A stretch of DNA of 64,000 nt, from assembly GCA_963833575.1 (NCBI GenBank), contig CAWHXY010000004.1, forward strand, positions 768,001 through 832,000, read 5' to 3'. The DNA is from Candidatus Bathyarchaeota archaeon (GTDB taxonomy: Archaea > Thermoproteota > Bathyarchaeia > Bathyarchaeales > Bathycorpusculaceae). The position numbers and the translations under genes are program-made. The first letter of the stretch is position 1. Each line of letters opens with the position of its first letter. The notes under the pieces were generated by a model. It did not search any database. It worked only from the letters and a program-made list of their open reading frames with translations, and was not told the origin of the DNA. Positions 38,421-48,237 of this stretch are shown here, one piece after another.

Positions 38421-38459
38421 TTTTGCACTCACGATAGGTGAGGGAGGCTTATTAGCTGT
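38421..38459 (+). promoter_or_regulatory. Conserved promoter block with CTCAC-N5-GTGAG palindrome and TATA
   Basis: 34/39 identical to 35254-35292. Confidence 0.7.
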
Positions 38460-38485
38460 CTCTGCAAGTTGGCTATTTACAAAAT

Positions 38486-41400
38486 ATGGAGAAGAAGAAA
38501 ATGAATTTAAAAACTAAAACTTCAGCTATCGTGATTGCTATATTGATGATAATTTCTATCGGAGCTTCAACATCGCTTATGCCAACTACAAAAGCACATA
38601 CACCATCCTGGCAGATTCCAACATACGCTTACATTGTCGCAGAACCTAGCCCAATAGGTGTCGGTCAAAGAATTCAAATTTACATGTGGCTTGACACAGT
38701 ATATGGAGCAGCCGGCGGAACTACAGCCGCTATAGGCACAAATGCCTCAACAGTTAGCGCAGCATTGCTAGCAAACAGCTACAGATTCCACAACTACAAA
38801 CTTACAATTACGGCTCCAGACGGAACAAACTCAACACAAACTTTCGCAACTGTCCAAGACACGACATCAAACCAATACGCAACATACGTCCCATCCCAAA
38901 CTGGCACTTACACTTTCACATTTAACTATCCAGGCGAACCATACGTTGGTTACGAAAAATCAATACTCGTTAACGATACTTACCTGCCAAGTTCTGCTTC
39001 AACAACAGTCACCGTTCAGCAAACTGCCATACCTCTACCGGTAAATAGCTATCCTCTTCCCGAAGCATACTGGACCCATCCAATCTACGGTGAAAACACC
39101 GACTGGTGGACAATCTCATCAAACTGGTTAGGTTCAGGTAACCCCGTTCCAGCAGGCTACACTAGCTCAACACTGTATCATGGAGACGCAGTAGGACCAC
39201 AAACAGGACACGTAATGTGGACAAAGCCACTTCAATTCGGAGGAGTTGTCGGCGGTAACCAATTTGTCGCAGGCGGTTCAAATCCAAACGGAGCAGTTCC
39301 AGGCGCAGCCTACTTCGACGGTGTTTCGTATCAGCCAAGATTCACAAACCCAATCATAATCAATGGATACCTATTCTACACTGAAGTATCATCATTTACA
39401 GGTCCCACAAGCGGGCCAACCGATGCAGTTGATCTTCGCACAGGGCAAGTTCTTTGGTCCAAGATGATTCCACCACTATCATTTGGCTACATATTCAACC
39501 TCTGGGATCCAGACCAACACGGAGTCTATCCACCAGTATTAGTTGCCCAAATCGGAGGCGGCGTTACCGGTCTGCCTGTTACATGGATGTTGATTGACGC
39601 CTACACAGGCGTAGGTCTCTTCAATGTAACTGATATTCCAGGTTTCGCAGGACAAACAGGCCAAACCGTAGGCGGTCAACCAGCCACAGCTCTTACAACA
39701 TTTACAGCAGCAGGACCAAACGGCGAACCACTAAGATACGTCTTTGAAAACGCAGGCACATCAACAAATCCAAACTGGTACCTTGCTGAATGGAACATGT
39801 CCAAACTCTGGCTATATGACGTCAACCCATACACAGGCGGCGGGAGCCTCTCACCTGACGTTGTCAATGTTACTGTTGGAAACGGCGGAGGAAACCTTGT
39901 TGTTAACATGCCCATCCCACTTGCAGGCGAAACAGGCACTACTCCAACTGGAGGGTCGGTCTTTATCCCATATGGTTCTACAATAACCGTTAACGGCAGC
40001 ACCACAACCGCTCAAGGCAATGCCATATCCTCAGCTAACCCAACAGGCAAGTACGACTGGAACGTTTCGGTGGCTTGGCTAAACACGATGCCTCTGCAAC
40101 CCGCATATAACGTTAACACGGGCGGAATAGTTCCACAAGTTATGCAGGGAAACTGTCCAACATTCCTCGCAGCAGGCGGAGTTAACCCAGTATCAATAGT
40201 AGCAGCTAATACCGGAGACATTATGCTCTGCAGAAACGGCACTCTGCCCACTGGTTACGCAACAACTACCACAGGCTATCCACAACTTCCATACACAATG
40301 TTCGCAGTCAACCTCAATTCTTCTCGCGGAGCGATCGGTTCAATTCTCTGGATGAAGAACTATGATCCACCAGCAGGCAACATCACTTTGCAACAGAGCG
40401 CAGTCGATTACCAGAACCGTGTCTTTATTCTAAGTTACAGAGAGACAATGCAGTGGATAGCTTACAATCTTGACACCGGCGCGTTAATGTGGGGTCCAAC
40501 GGTACCGCAAGCAGCCTTTGACTACTATGGTACACCAGGTGTTCCTACCTTGACAGCTACACTTGCATATGGCAAACTCTATAGCATGTCATTTGCAGGA
40601 ATAATGTACACCTACGACATCATGACAGGAAATCTTCTATGGACATATGGAAATGGTGGTGAAGGTAACTCAACTTTCGCAGGCTTTGCGACACCCTACG
40701 GGGTCTATCCAACTTTCGTACAATCTATTGCCAACGGAATAGTCTACATAGCAACTGATGAACACACAATCCCTGATCCATTGTATAAAGGCTCAACAAC
40801 TGCAGGTATCAATGCTACTACAGGACAAGAAATTTGGACGCTTTCAGACTATCCAGCTGAATGGTCATCCAGCGGCACAGCATACGTTGTTGCGGACGGC
40901 TATGCAACATTCATGAATAGCTACGACAACAACATCTACAGTGTAGGCAGAGGACCAAGTGCAATTACAGTTACAGCACCAAACTTTGGCGTATCTTTTG
41001 GCACACCAGTAATAATACGCGGTACAGTCATGGACAAATCTGCAGGAACAATGCAAACACAGCAAACAGCTGATTTTCCAAACGGTGTTCCAGTTGCTTC
41101 TGATGCTAGTATGAAGGATTGGATGGGTTATGTTTACCAACAGAAGCCGCTTCCAACCAACTTTACCGGCGTTCAGGTAACAATTGACGTTGTAGATTCT
41201 AATGGTAACTACCGAAATATTGGAACTGCAACCACTGATGCTACTGGCATGTATAGTCTTGCATGGACACCTAACATCTCAGGCAACTACAATGTTATCG
41301 CAACTTTCCACGGAACCAACGGTTACTGGCCATCATACGCAGAGAGCACATTTGCCGTAACAAACGCACCATCATCAACTAACGCTCCAACACCAACACC

Positions 41401-41509
41401 AATTTCAACCGCTGATCAGTACTTCCTACCAGTATCAATTGCAATAATTATCGCAATAGTGATAGTCGGCGCTGTTCTAGCTCTGCTAATGCTTAGAAAA
41501 CATCCATAA
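38486..41509 (+). CDS. Large secreted membrane-anchored beta-propeller-like protein (paralog 2)
   Basis: Same architecture as paralog 1 (HTPSWQIPTYAY, YWTHPI, WTKP, WMGYVYQQKP, TM + RKHP); start may be 38501. Confidence 0.85.
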   Translation: MEKKKMNLKTKTSAIVIAILMIISIGASTSLMPTTKAHTPSWQIPTYAYIVAEPSPIGVGQRIQIYMWLDTVYGAAGGTTAAIGTNASTVSAALLANSYRFHNYKLTITAPDGTNSTQTFATVQDTTSNQYATYVPSQTGTYTFTFNYPGEPYVGYEKSILVNDTYLPSSASTTVTVQQTAIPLPVNSYPLPEAYWTHPIYGENTDWWTISSNWLGSGNPVPAGYTSSTLYHGDAVGPQTGHVMWTKPLQFGGVVGGNQFVAGGSNPNGAVPGAAYFDGVSYQPRFTNPIIINGYLFYTEVSSFTGPTSGPTDAVDLRTGQVLWSKMIPPLSFGYIFNLWDPDQHGVYPPVLVAQIGGGVTGLPVTWMLIDAYTGVGLFNVTDIPGFAGQTGQTVGGQPATALTTFTAAGPNGEPLRYVFENAGTSTNPNWYLAEWNMSKLWLYDVNPYTGGGSLSPDVVNVTVGNGGGNLVVNMPIPLAGETGTTPTGGSVFIPYGSTITVNGSTTTAQGNAISSANPTGKYDWNVSVAWLNTMPLQPAYNVNTGGIVPQVMQGNCPTFLAAGGVNPVSIVAANTGDIMLCRNGTLPTGYATTTTGYPQLPYTMFAVNLNSSRGAIGSILWMKNYDPPAGNITLQQSAVDYQNRVFILSYRETMQWIAYNLDTGALMWGPTVPQAAFDYYGTPGVPTLTATLAYGKLYSMSFAGIMYTYDIMTGNLLWTYGNGGEGNSTFAGFATPYGVYPTFVQSIANGIVYIATDEHTIPDPLYKGSTTAGINATTGQEIWTLSDYPAEWSSSGTAYVVADGYATFMNSYDNNIYSVGRGPSAITVTAPNFGVSFGTPVIIRGTVMDKSAGTMQTQQTADFPNGVPVASDASMKDWMGYVYQQKPLPTNFTGVQVTIDVVDSNGNYRNIGTATTDATGMYSLAWTPNISGNYNVIATFHGTNGYWPSYAESTFAVTNAPSSTNAPTPTPISTADQYFLPVSIAIIIAIVIVGAVLALLMLRKHP

Positions 41510-41571
41510 AGGCGAAAACAATGAAAACTATTTTCCTTTCCTTTTTTTAGTTTCAATTTGAGCTTTAAGCT

Positions 41572-41676
41572 GGGGCTGAGTAGACTCTGGTTAAATTTCA
41601 CAAAATAGCCGTAGTCGTAATGGAGCATTTGCATTTGCTCGTTTTCTCCTTGTTTTCCAGAGTCTCAGCAAACCCT
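41572..41676 (+). ncRNA. Structured repeat element E3
   Basis: GGGGCTGAGTAGACTCTGG...TTTTCTCCT...CCAGAGTCTCAGCAAACCCT. Confidence 0.65.
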
Positions 41677-41987
41677 AAACGCGATAGTCTCAAGACTCGG
41701 ATGCTCATAGATAGATGCTCTTGAAAATAGTTGAGTTTTAAACTTAAACTTAAAGTTTTACGAATACCTTGTCAAACACTCATTTACGTTTGAAAGAGAG
41801 ATTGAAAGATAGAAACGTTTAAAGTAAAAGTCAATAGGTTGAAAAAATAAAGTAAAACCTGATTTTAGCTTTTGTTTATTCCATCTTCTACTCTTTTTCA
41901 GAAATTTCACAGCCTAAATTGTTCAGGCTTAAAGCCAATTGATAAACGGCCAACGTGGCAAAAAATGTGAATAGCTATTTCTATTTC

Positions 41988-42188
41988 TTAGCTCCACCAT
42001 TTCCAGCCTAGTATTTTAAAGACAAGATATACTACTGAAAGAATTGCTCCCCAAACTAATGCAGTGCACGCAATAACAAGAATAAAGTTACTTTTCAATA
42101 AAGCGTAACTCGCCCAAGCGCCTATAACACCTAAACCTACAACTAACAAAAAGAAAATGCTTGCATGAATTACTCGTTCTGCCGACAT
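41988..42188 (-). CDS. Small two-TM membrane protein
   Basis: 66 aa, two hydrophobic helices, AGGTG SD upstream. Confidence 0.6.
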   Translation of the reverse strand: MSAERVIHASIFFLLVVGLGVIGAWASYALLKSNFILVIACTALVWGAILSVVYLVFKILGWKWWS

Positions 42189-42274
42189 TTAATACACCTT
42201 ATAACCTTCTCTATTTCCGTGTGTTGTTAAAAGATTTTCTATCAATGTTTATTTTCTAGGTAGAGCTTTTTTGG

Positions 42275-42344
42275 TTGAAGCCAATGATGCATGAAGAGCC
42301 GTCTGAATTGTGAAGAATACTTTAATGGGGAACTGAGGCTTCAA
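42275..42344 (+). ncRNA. Box C/D methylation-guide sRNA
   Basis: 8-bp terminal stem TTGAAGCC/GGCTTCAA; C ATGATGC, D' CTGA (42303), C' GTGAAGA, D CTGA (42333); guides complementary to 23S-like CGGCUCUUC and CCCAUUAAAG; TTTATTT ~25 nt upstream. Confidence 0.75.
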
Positions 42345-42538
42345 AGGAAACATTGCCCTGAAAAAGCAAAAGAATAGACCTCTATTAACTGGAATGCTCT
42401 TTTACCCCTCTAACTTCTAAACTTATGTTTTAAAAAATCGCATCCACCTTTTCGCTTAACGTTACAGAATTGATACAAAGTGGCGTCCGCCCAAAAAATC
42501 GAGCGAAGAATATATAGTTAAGTCTTAAAACTACTAAA

Positions 42539-44344
42539 TTGCATAGTTTAGTGGCAAAAAGCGAAAACAAAAAGCTACCCTATATATGTCCAAAGCAAAC
42601 AATAATCAAGCTTGAAAGCGGTAGCATCTCTATACTAAGGGAAAGGAGCAGTACATTGCTTAGTAAACTGTGGAACACGCTCAATAAGTTGTCCTCTAAA
42701 AAACCCTTAAAGTACTCTCTCTACCTTTCTGTGATCGTTGTTTTTTTTGCGATAATTCTTGTTCCACCAATAATTGGAATCCTGATCAAAGCGCCAACAA
42801 TGCAAAGCGTTTTTAACCAGCCTGCTTTGATGAACCAAGCCTTAGGCGCTATCTCTAACTCTTTTATTATCGGTTTGATTGTTGCAGCTCTTGATTTGCT
42901 GGCAGGGGTACCATTAGCTTGGCTTATCTCCCGGGGAAAATCACGTTGGCTAAGTATCCTTGATACTTTGGCTGATCTTCCTTTTGTGGTGCCCACTGCA
43001 GCTTTGGGCTACTCTCTTTTGTTGTTTTGGAGCCTTGGCGGAGGAATATCCTCTTTCTTTGCTGGTCCTCTCGTTTCTCCTGGATGGCTTCTTGTTATGC
43101 TCCTGCATTTCACTTTTTCATTCCCAGTTGTTGTTCGCATCATGGTTGGCGCAATGCTCGATTATAAAATGGAGTATGAACGCGCTTCTCGAACGCTTGG
43201 GGCTCCTCCATTGACGGCTTCAAGAACTGTCACTTTTCCCATCATTAAGCCGTCTTTAATTGCGGCATTTTCTCTTGCTTTCGCAAGATCTCTTTCTGAA
43301 ACAGGCGCCACCTTCATTGTAGCAGGGGCAGTATTCATGAATGGACCTGTTTTTCTTCAGAATCTAAGCAATGAATTCAAAAGTGGTGCCATACCCTTAA
43401 GTACTTACGAGGGCGCAACGGTTTTTGCAAGCATTATTTTGATAGCGGTTTCGTTAACACTTTTTGCGTTAATACGCGTAGTAGGTCAAAGGGTAAAGTT
43501 ACCTTTTGGTCATGGCTTGCCCGTTTTCGAAAAGAAACTTAGCTACAAGAAAGCTGCTTGGTCACGAAACAGCATCACCCTTGCCGTCTTCATAATAATA
43601 ATATTAATTCCCTCAGTTTTCGTTGCATTGCCAGCCTTCCAGGCAATCGCCAGCGGAACACCATTAATTCAAGCTCTTAGTGGCCAGGGGATTTGGAGTA
43701 GCTTTTGGCAAAGCCTAGTTTTATCCTACGGTTTAGGGGTTATTGTAACAGTTTTAGGTATTTTACTTGGCATCCCTATGGCGATCCTCATTGCGCGCAA
43801 AACATTCGGCAAATTACCGAGTACCATTCTTGACAGTCTACTGAATGTTCCAATTATTGTGCCCTCAATTGCACTTGGCGTTTCCTTGAAATTCTTCTGG
43901 CAAGGCATCCCTGGCATACCCGAATTTCTTTTGCTAGTTTTTGCGCACTTGGCAATTACTTACCCGTACTTTGTTAGATCTATGTCAGCGGCTATGGAGA
44001 GAATAAATGTTGATATGGAAGAAGCGGCAAGAACTCTGGGCGCCAAACCCTTCACTGTTTTCCGCTCAATAGTGTTGCCTTTAACAAAATACTCGATTCT
44101 ATCTGGCGCCATTATCGTTTTTACAAGAAGCGTAAGCGAGACCGGGGCCACCTTAGCTGTTTCGTCAAACCTGAAGACTGCTCCTGTACTTATTGTCAGT
44201 TGGGTTAATTCGCTAAGGGGCACAATCCCGCCAATTGCAGGTGTTAATTCATTAACTGTTGGTTTAGCTTGTGGCTTTCTGATACTGTTTAGTTTCATAA
44301 TCCTGTTGGTTTTGAGGCTATTCACTAGAAAGGGGAAGACTTAG
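42539..44344 (+). CDS. ABC transporter permease with two fused domains (FbpB/ThiP-like)
   Basis: Two EAA motifs (YERASRTLGA, MEEAARTLGA) and SETGAT repeats; true start probably ~42656. Confidence 0.88.
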   Translation: MHSLVAKSENKKLPYICPKQTIIKLESGSISILRERSSTLLSKLWNTLNKLSSKKPLKYSLYLSVIVVFFAIILVPPIIGILIKAPTMQSVFNQPALMNQALGAISNSFIIGLIVAALDLLAGVPLAWLISRGKSRWLSILDTLADLPFVVPTAALGYSLLLFWSLGGGISSFFAGPLVSPGWLLVMLLHFTFSFPVVVRIMVGAMLDYKMEYERASRTLGAPPLTASRTVTFPIIKPSLIAAFSLAFARSLSETGATFIVAGAVFMNGPVFLQNLSNEFKSGAIPLSTYEGATVFASIILIAVSLTLFALIRVVGQRVKLPFGHGLPVFEKKLSYKKAAWSRNSITLAVFIIIILIPSVFVALPAFQAIASGTPLIQALSGQGIWSSFWQSLVLSYGLGVIVTVLGILLGIPMAILIARKTFGKLPSTILDSLLNVPIIVPSIALGVSLKFFWQGIPGIPEFLLLVFAHLAITYPYFVRSMSAAMERINVDMEEAARTLGAKPFTVFRSIVLPLTKYSILSGAIIVFTRSVSETGATLAVSSNLKTAPVLIVSWVNSLRGTIPPIAGVNSLTVGLACGFLILFSFIILLVLRLFTRKGKT

Positions 44345-44393
44345 AATGGCAACTTGCAAAAGCGTTAAAAATCTTTCGAAGGAGAGTTAACTT

Positions 44394-45488
44394 GTGCCGG
44401 ACATTAAAGTCGTAAACTTAACCAAAAAATACGGAAAAATATACGCCCTAGATAATGTCAGTTTAATGATACGTGACCAAGAATATTTCTCTTTGTTGGG
44501 ACCGAGCGGCTGCGGAAAAACCACCCTGTTGCGGCTTGTAGCGGGTCTTATTGAACCTGACGAAGGGGAAATTTACATAGGCGATAGACGAGTTGACAAT
44601 ATTCCTCCTGAAGATAGAGACGTAGGCTTTGTTTTCCAAACTTTCGCGTTGTTTCCACACATGACTGCTTGGGGCAACGTTATTTATGGTCCAAAAGTTA
44701 AAAACTACGATGCTAAAGAGGCCGACGTTATCGGTCATGAAGTTCTTGAACTGGTGAAACTTGATGAACGCTTAGATGCTTACCCCTCCGAACTAAGCGG
44801 CGGCATGATGCAAAGAATAGCAGTTGCTCGAGCATTGGCCGCCGGCGCCAAAACATTGCTCTTAGATGAACCACTCGGTCAATTAGACGCAAAAGTACGA
44901 AATGACATACGATATGAAATCAGAAAGATGGCAAAAGACCTCAAATTAACTGCTATCCACGTCACTCATGACCAGGCAGAAGCCATGTCAATCTCAGACA
45001 GAATTGCAGTCATGAAAAAAGGAAAAATCGTTCAAATTGGAACTCCACAAGAACTATATATGCATCCGAACAGCTTGTTTGTTGCCCACTTTATTGGGGA
45101 ATCCAATTTTTTAGAAGGCTACATTGCCCAAACAAATGGGTACTCTAAGCTAGAGTTACGAGATGGATTGAGAGTTAACGCAGTAAATCCCGGCATAAAA
45201 CAAGGTGAAAGAGTAGTTTTAGCTATTAGACCTGAAACTTGCGAGATGAAAAAAGGAAACGACCTTACAGAAGGTTTGGTTGGAAAAATTGTAAAAGTCA
45301 CATTTGAAGGAACTATGGTTCGCTATGATATCAGGCTTGAAAACGGAGACCACTTGATAATAAACCGGCAATCACTAGCTGAAAATTGGTTTGAAATTGG
45401 TGAAGAAGTAACAATAACTTATCCACTTGAAAAGGCTCATCTCTTTCCATATCCTGAAGAGGGTTTAATCAAGGAAATTTCTGTCTAA
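44394..45488 (+). CDS. ABC transporter ATP-binding protein with TOBE domain
   Basis: GPSGCGKT, LSGGMMQR, LLDEP and VTHDQ motifs. Confidence 0.93.
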   Translation: MPDIKVVNLTKKYGKIYALDNVSLMIRDQEYFSLLGPSGCGKTTLLRLVAGLIEPDEGEIYIGDRRVDNIPPEDRDVGFVFQTFALFPHMTAWGNVIYGPKVKNYDAKEADVIGHEVLELVKLDERLDAYPSELSGGMMQRIAVARALAAGAKTLLLDEPLGQLDAKVRNDIRYEIRKMAKDLKLTAIHVTHDQAEAMSISDRIAVMKKGKIVQIGTPQELYMHPNSLFVAHFIGESNFLEGYIAQTNGYSKLELRDGLRVNAVNPGIKQGERVVLAIRPETCEMKKGNDLTEGLVGKIVKVTFEGTMVRYDIRLENGDHLIINRQSLAENWFEIGEEVTITYPLEKAHLFPYPEEGLIKEISV

Positions 45489-45679
45489 AATTCTTATGGT
45501 TAGGTTCTGCTGTGCTCTACCTGTCCCAAAATTGCATTTTGAAGTAGAGTGCTTAAAGGGTCCAGAAATGTAGACTTAAGTTTGGTGAATTAATCCTGTG
45601 AAATTTATTTCTTGTTTTGGTCTAAGAACGAGGTATTAAATATCAAAGTAAACCATAAGTTTTTCGAGGAAACTTGTTT

Positions 45680-46733
45680 ATGGTTGCCAACGACATTGAT
45701 CAAGACCGGCAGCGGGCTGAGGTTTTTGATGCTCTAAGTCATCCGACCCGTATAATGATTCTAAAAGCTTTAAGCGATGAAGCTCTGGGTTTTTCCGATC
45801 TAAAGAAGAAACTTGGTATAGAGAGCAGCGGGCATCTCTAGCACCATCTGAACAAGCTCAATGACTTACTCAAAACGGATGAATATGGAAAGTACACACT
45901 TTCAGACCAAGGAAAAGATGCATTGCTCAGTGTTCAGGCTGTAGAAAGTACGGCTAAATTAGAGAAAAAAATGGAAAAGCCTACAGGTCATCGCACTTGC
46001 TTTCCTGTTGGCAGTTAGTTCAACTCTTGCGGTGTTTGACTATACGGCCCTCGGCAACCAGAAGGCGTCCTATCAAAATGAATTGAGCAAACGAAACACG
46101 GCAATTACTCAGCTTGACACAGCTCTAAACTTTTCACAAGCAATGCTCAATATAAAGCAGCCAAGTGAATTTCAATACTTAACAACCCTTCCCGATAGCA
46201 ATAGTGAAGGCAACCCCACAAAAATCCTTCTTCTTTCAGCAAACATTGGTTACTTCTACAGTCCTAATCCAAATCCGTTTAATGAGACCCTCAGAGATGC
46301 CTTAACAGTACCATTGAATAATGGGTCGGTAAGCTTACCAGATTTCGGTTGGCAGTATGCGCCAGGAAATTATAGCTGGCTACTTATGAGCGGAGAACCC
46401 TACCTCGTGATAGACGTTAGTGTTAGAAATGATTATACAGCGGCCGATGCTGGGAACAGCAATAATCCTACCGCGCCAATTGGTAATCTTAGAGGTTCTT
46501 ATCTGTCCTATCTGACCTTGACCGTAAGACTTTACGGTCAGGACAACAGCATTGTTCAAACCAAATCCCTAAACGTTACTTACGCCCCAAATAACATGGC
46601 ATTGGGCGATCAAAAATTTATTTCAGAAAGTAGTGCGACAACACAAGTCATCTTTTATCTTTCCCCTTCTAGCTTGAACATTGATTACTACGAAATCTAT
46701 GTCTCTTCACTATCAACCCTTCCGCAATCTTGA
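45680..46733 (+). pseudogene. ArsR-type HTH + TM + extracellular domain, with in-frame TAG and a frameshift
   Basis: VFDALSHPTRIMIL...SSGHL*HHLNKL (TAG 45839-45841); shift at A7 run 45965-45971 into WKSLQVIALAFLLAVSS, which continues as ORF 46008-46733. Confidence 0.75.
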
Positions 46734-46878
46734 GGGAAATTAACTCGTTAGCAGCTTGGGATTCGTTACCAAATCAGTACTCTCAAAGTTTATTGAAGCC
46801 TTTAGGCTAGTTTATTTGTTTTTAACCTGTAATCTTTATTTAAAAGGATTATAGAATTATTAAGACTGAGAGACTCTG

Positions 46879-48231
46879 ATGGCGCTTGACAAATTAAGTT
46901 CTTCTTTAACAGACGCTATAAAAAAGCTGTTTAAAGCTGGCGTAATAGACGAGAACACAGTGAAAGAACTTGTCCGCGATATACAAAGAGCGCTTCTCCA
47001 ATCAGACGTTAATGTCCAACTTGTTCTTGAAATATCAAAGCGCATAGAAGAACGTGCGCTAAAAGAAAAAGTTCCTCCAGGCATTTCAAGGCGCGAGCAT
47101 GTTATAAAGGTCGTTTACGAAGAACTAACACGGTTTGTAGGTGATAAGCCAGTTCCACTAAAAATGGAACCAGGCAAAAGAAAAGTTGTAATGCTTGTCG
47201 GAATCCAAGGCTCGGGCAAAACCACTCACGCTGCTAAACTGGCACGATATTTTCAGAAGCGAGGATTAAAACCCGCACTAATTGCAGCTGATACTTTCCG
47301 TCCAGGTGCTTATGCTCAGCTTCAGCAATTGGCAACAAGAATAAACATGCCCATTTACGGCGACGTCAAAGCCAAAGATCCAGTTAAAGTAGCTAAAGAG
47401 GGATTAAAACAGTTTCCAGACAAGGACTTAATAATCATAGACACCGCAGGCAGGCACAAAGAAGAAAAAGACCTCATCAAAGAAATGAAAGATCTTGAAA
47501 AACACATCAAGCCCGACGAAGTCATTATGGTTATTGACGGCACCATCGGACAACAAGCCCTCATCCAAGCCAAAACATTCCATGAAGCAACACCCATCGG
47601 CGCCATAATCGTGACAAAACTTGACGGTTCTTCACGTGGAGGAGGCGCACTCTCCGCCGTTGCAGCAACAGGCGCACCAATCAAATTTATAGGCACAGGC
47701 GAAAAAATCGAAGACATTGAACCTTTCATACCCTCGCGTTTTGTCGGTCGACTCTTAGGCATGGGCGACTTAGAGACGCTTTTAGAAAAGGTACATGACG
47801 CAGAAATTAAAGTTCCAGAGAAAAAAGCCAAAGAAATACTCAGCGGAAACTTCACATTAACCGACATGTATGAGCAATTCCAAGCAGTAAAAAAAATGGG
47901 TCCTTTCGGCAAAGTCCTAAAGATGTTACCTGGAATGTCGGCTAATAATTTGCCTGATGAAATGGTAAATAACGCAGAAGGCCGTTTGGACAAGTGGGCC
48001 GTTATAATTCAATCTATGACTCCTAAAGAAAAGGAAAACCCAAAGATATTGAACTCTTCTAGGGCCAAACGTATTGCCCGCGGCTCAGGAACAACTGAAA
48101 AGGAAGTCAAAGATCTTCTAAAACAATACATTATGATGCGTAAAATGCTAAAGCAGTTCAAACGCAAAAAGAAGCTGCCTTTCGGGCTCGGCGGCGGAAA
48201 AGGAATGCCAGCGAACTTTCCAGTAGGCTAA
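46879..48231 (+). CDS. srp54: Signal recognition particle protein SRP54
   Basis: GIQGSGKTT, DTAGRH, TKLDG and M domain IIQSMT...RIARGSG. Confidence 0.97.
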   Translation: MALDKLSSSLTDAIKKLFKAGVIDENTVKELVRDIQRALLQSDVNVQLVLEISKRIEERALKEKVPPGISRREHVIKVVYEELTRFVGDKPVPLKMEPGKRKVVMLVGIQGSGKTTHAAKLARYFQKRGLKPALIAADTFRPGAYAQLQQLATRINMPIYGDVKAKDPVKVAKEGLKQFPDKDLIIIDTAGRHKEEKDLIKEMKDLEKHIKPDEVIMVIDGTIGQQALIQAKTFHEATPIGAIIVTKLDGSSRGGGALSAVAATGAPIKFIGTGEKIEDIEPFIPSRFVGRLLGMGDLETLLEKVHDAEIKVPEKKAKEILSGNFTLTDMYEQFQAVKKMGPFGKVLKMLPGMSANNLPDEMVNNAEGRLDKWAVIIQSMTPKEKENPKILNSSRAKRIARGSGTTEKEVKDLLKQYIMMRKMLKQFKRKKKLPFGLGGGKGMPANFPVG

Positions 48232-48237
48232 AAAGAC

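Noticed and set aside
31981-41676. E elements as CRISPR repeats, TPP riboswitches or C/D sRNAs
   Set aside because: Copies are kb apart without spacers; GCTGAG is fully paired and the TPP core motifs are absent; no conserved C box
45839-45841. In-frame TAG as pyrrolysine
   Set aside because: One C>T change from Gln, the same gene has a frameshift, and no pyl genes are in the window
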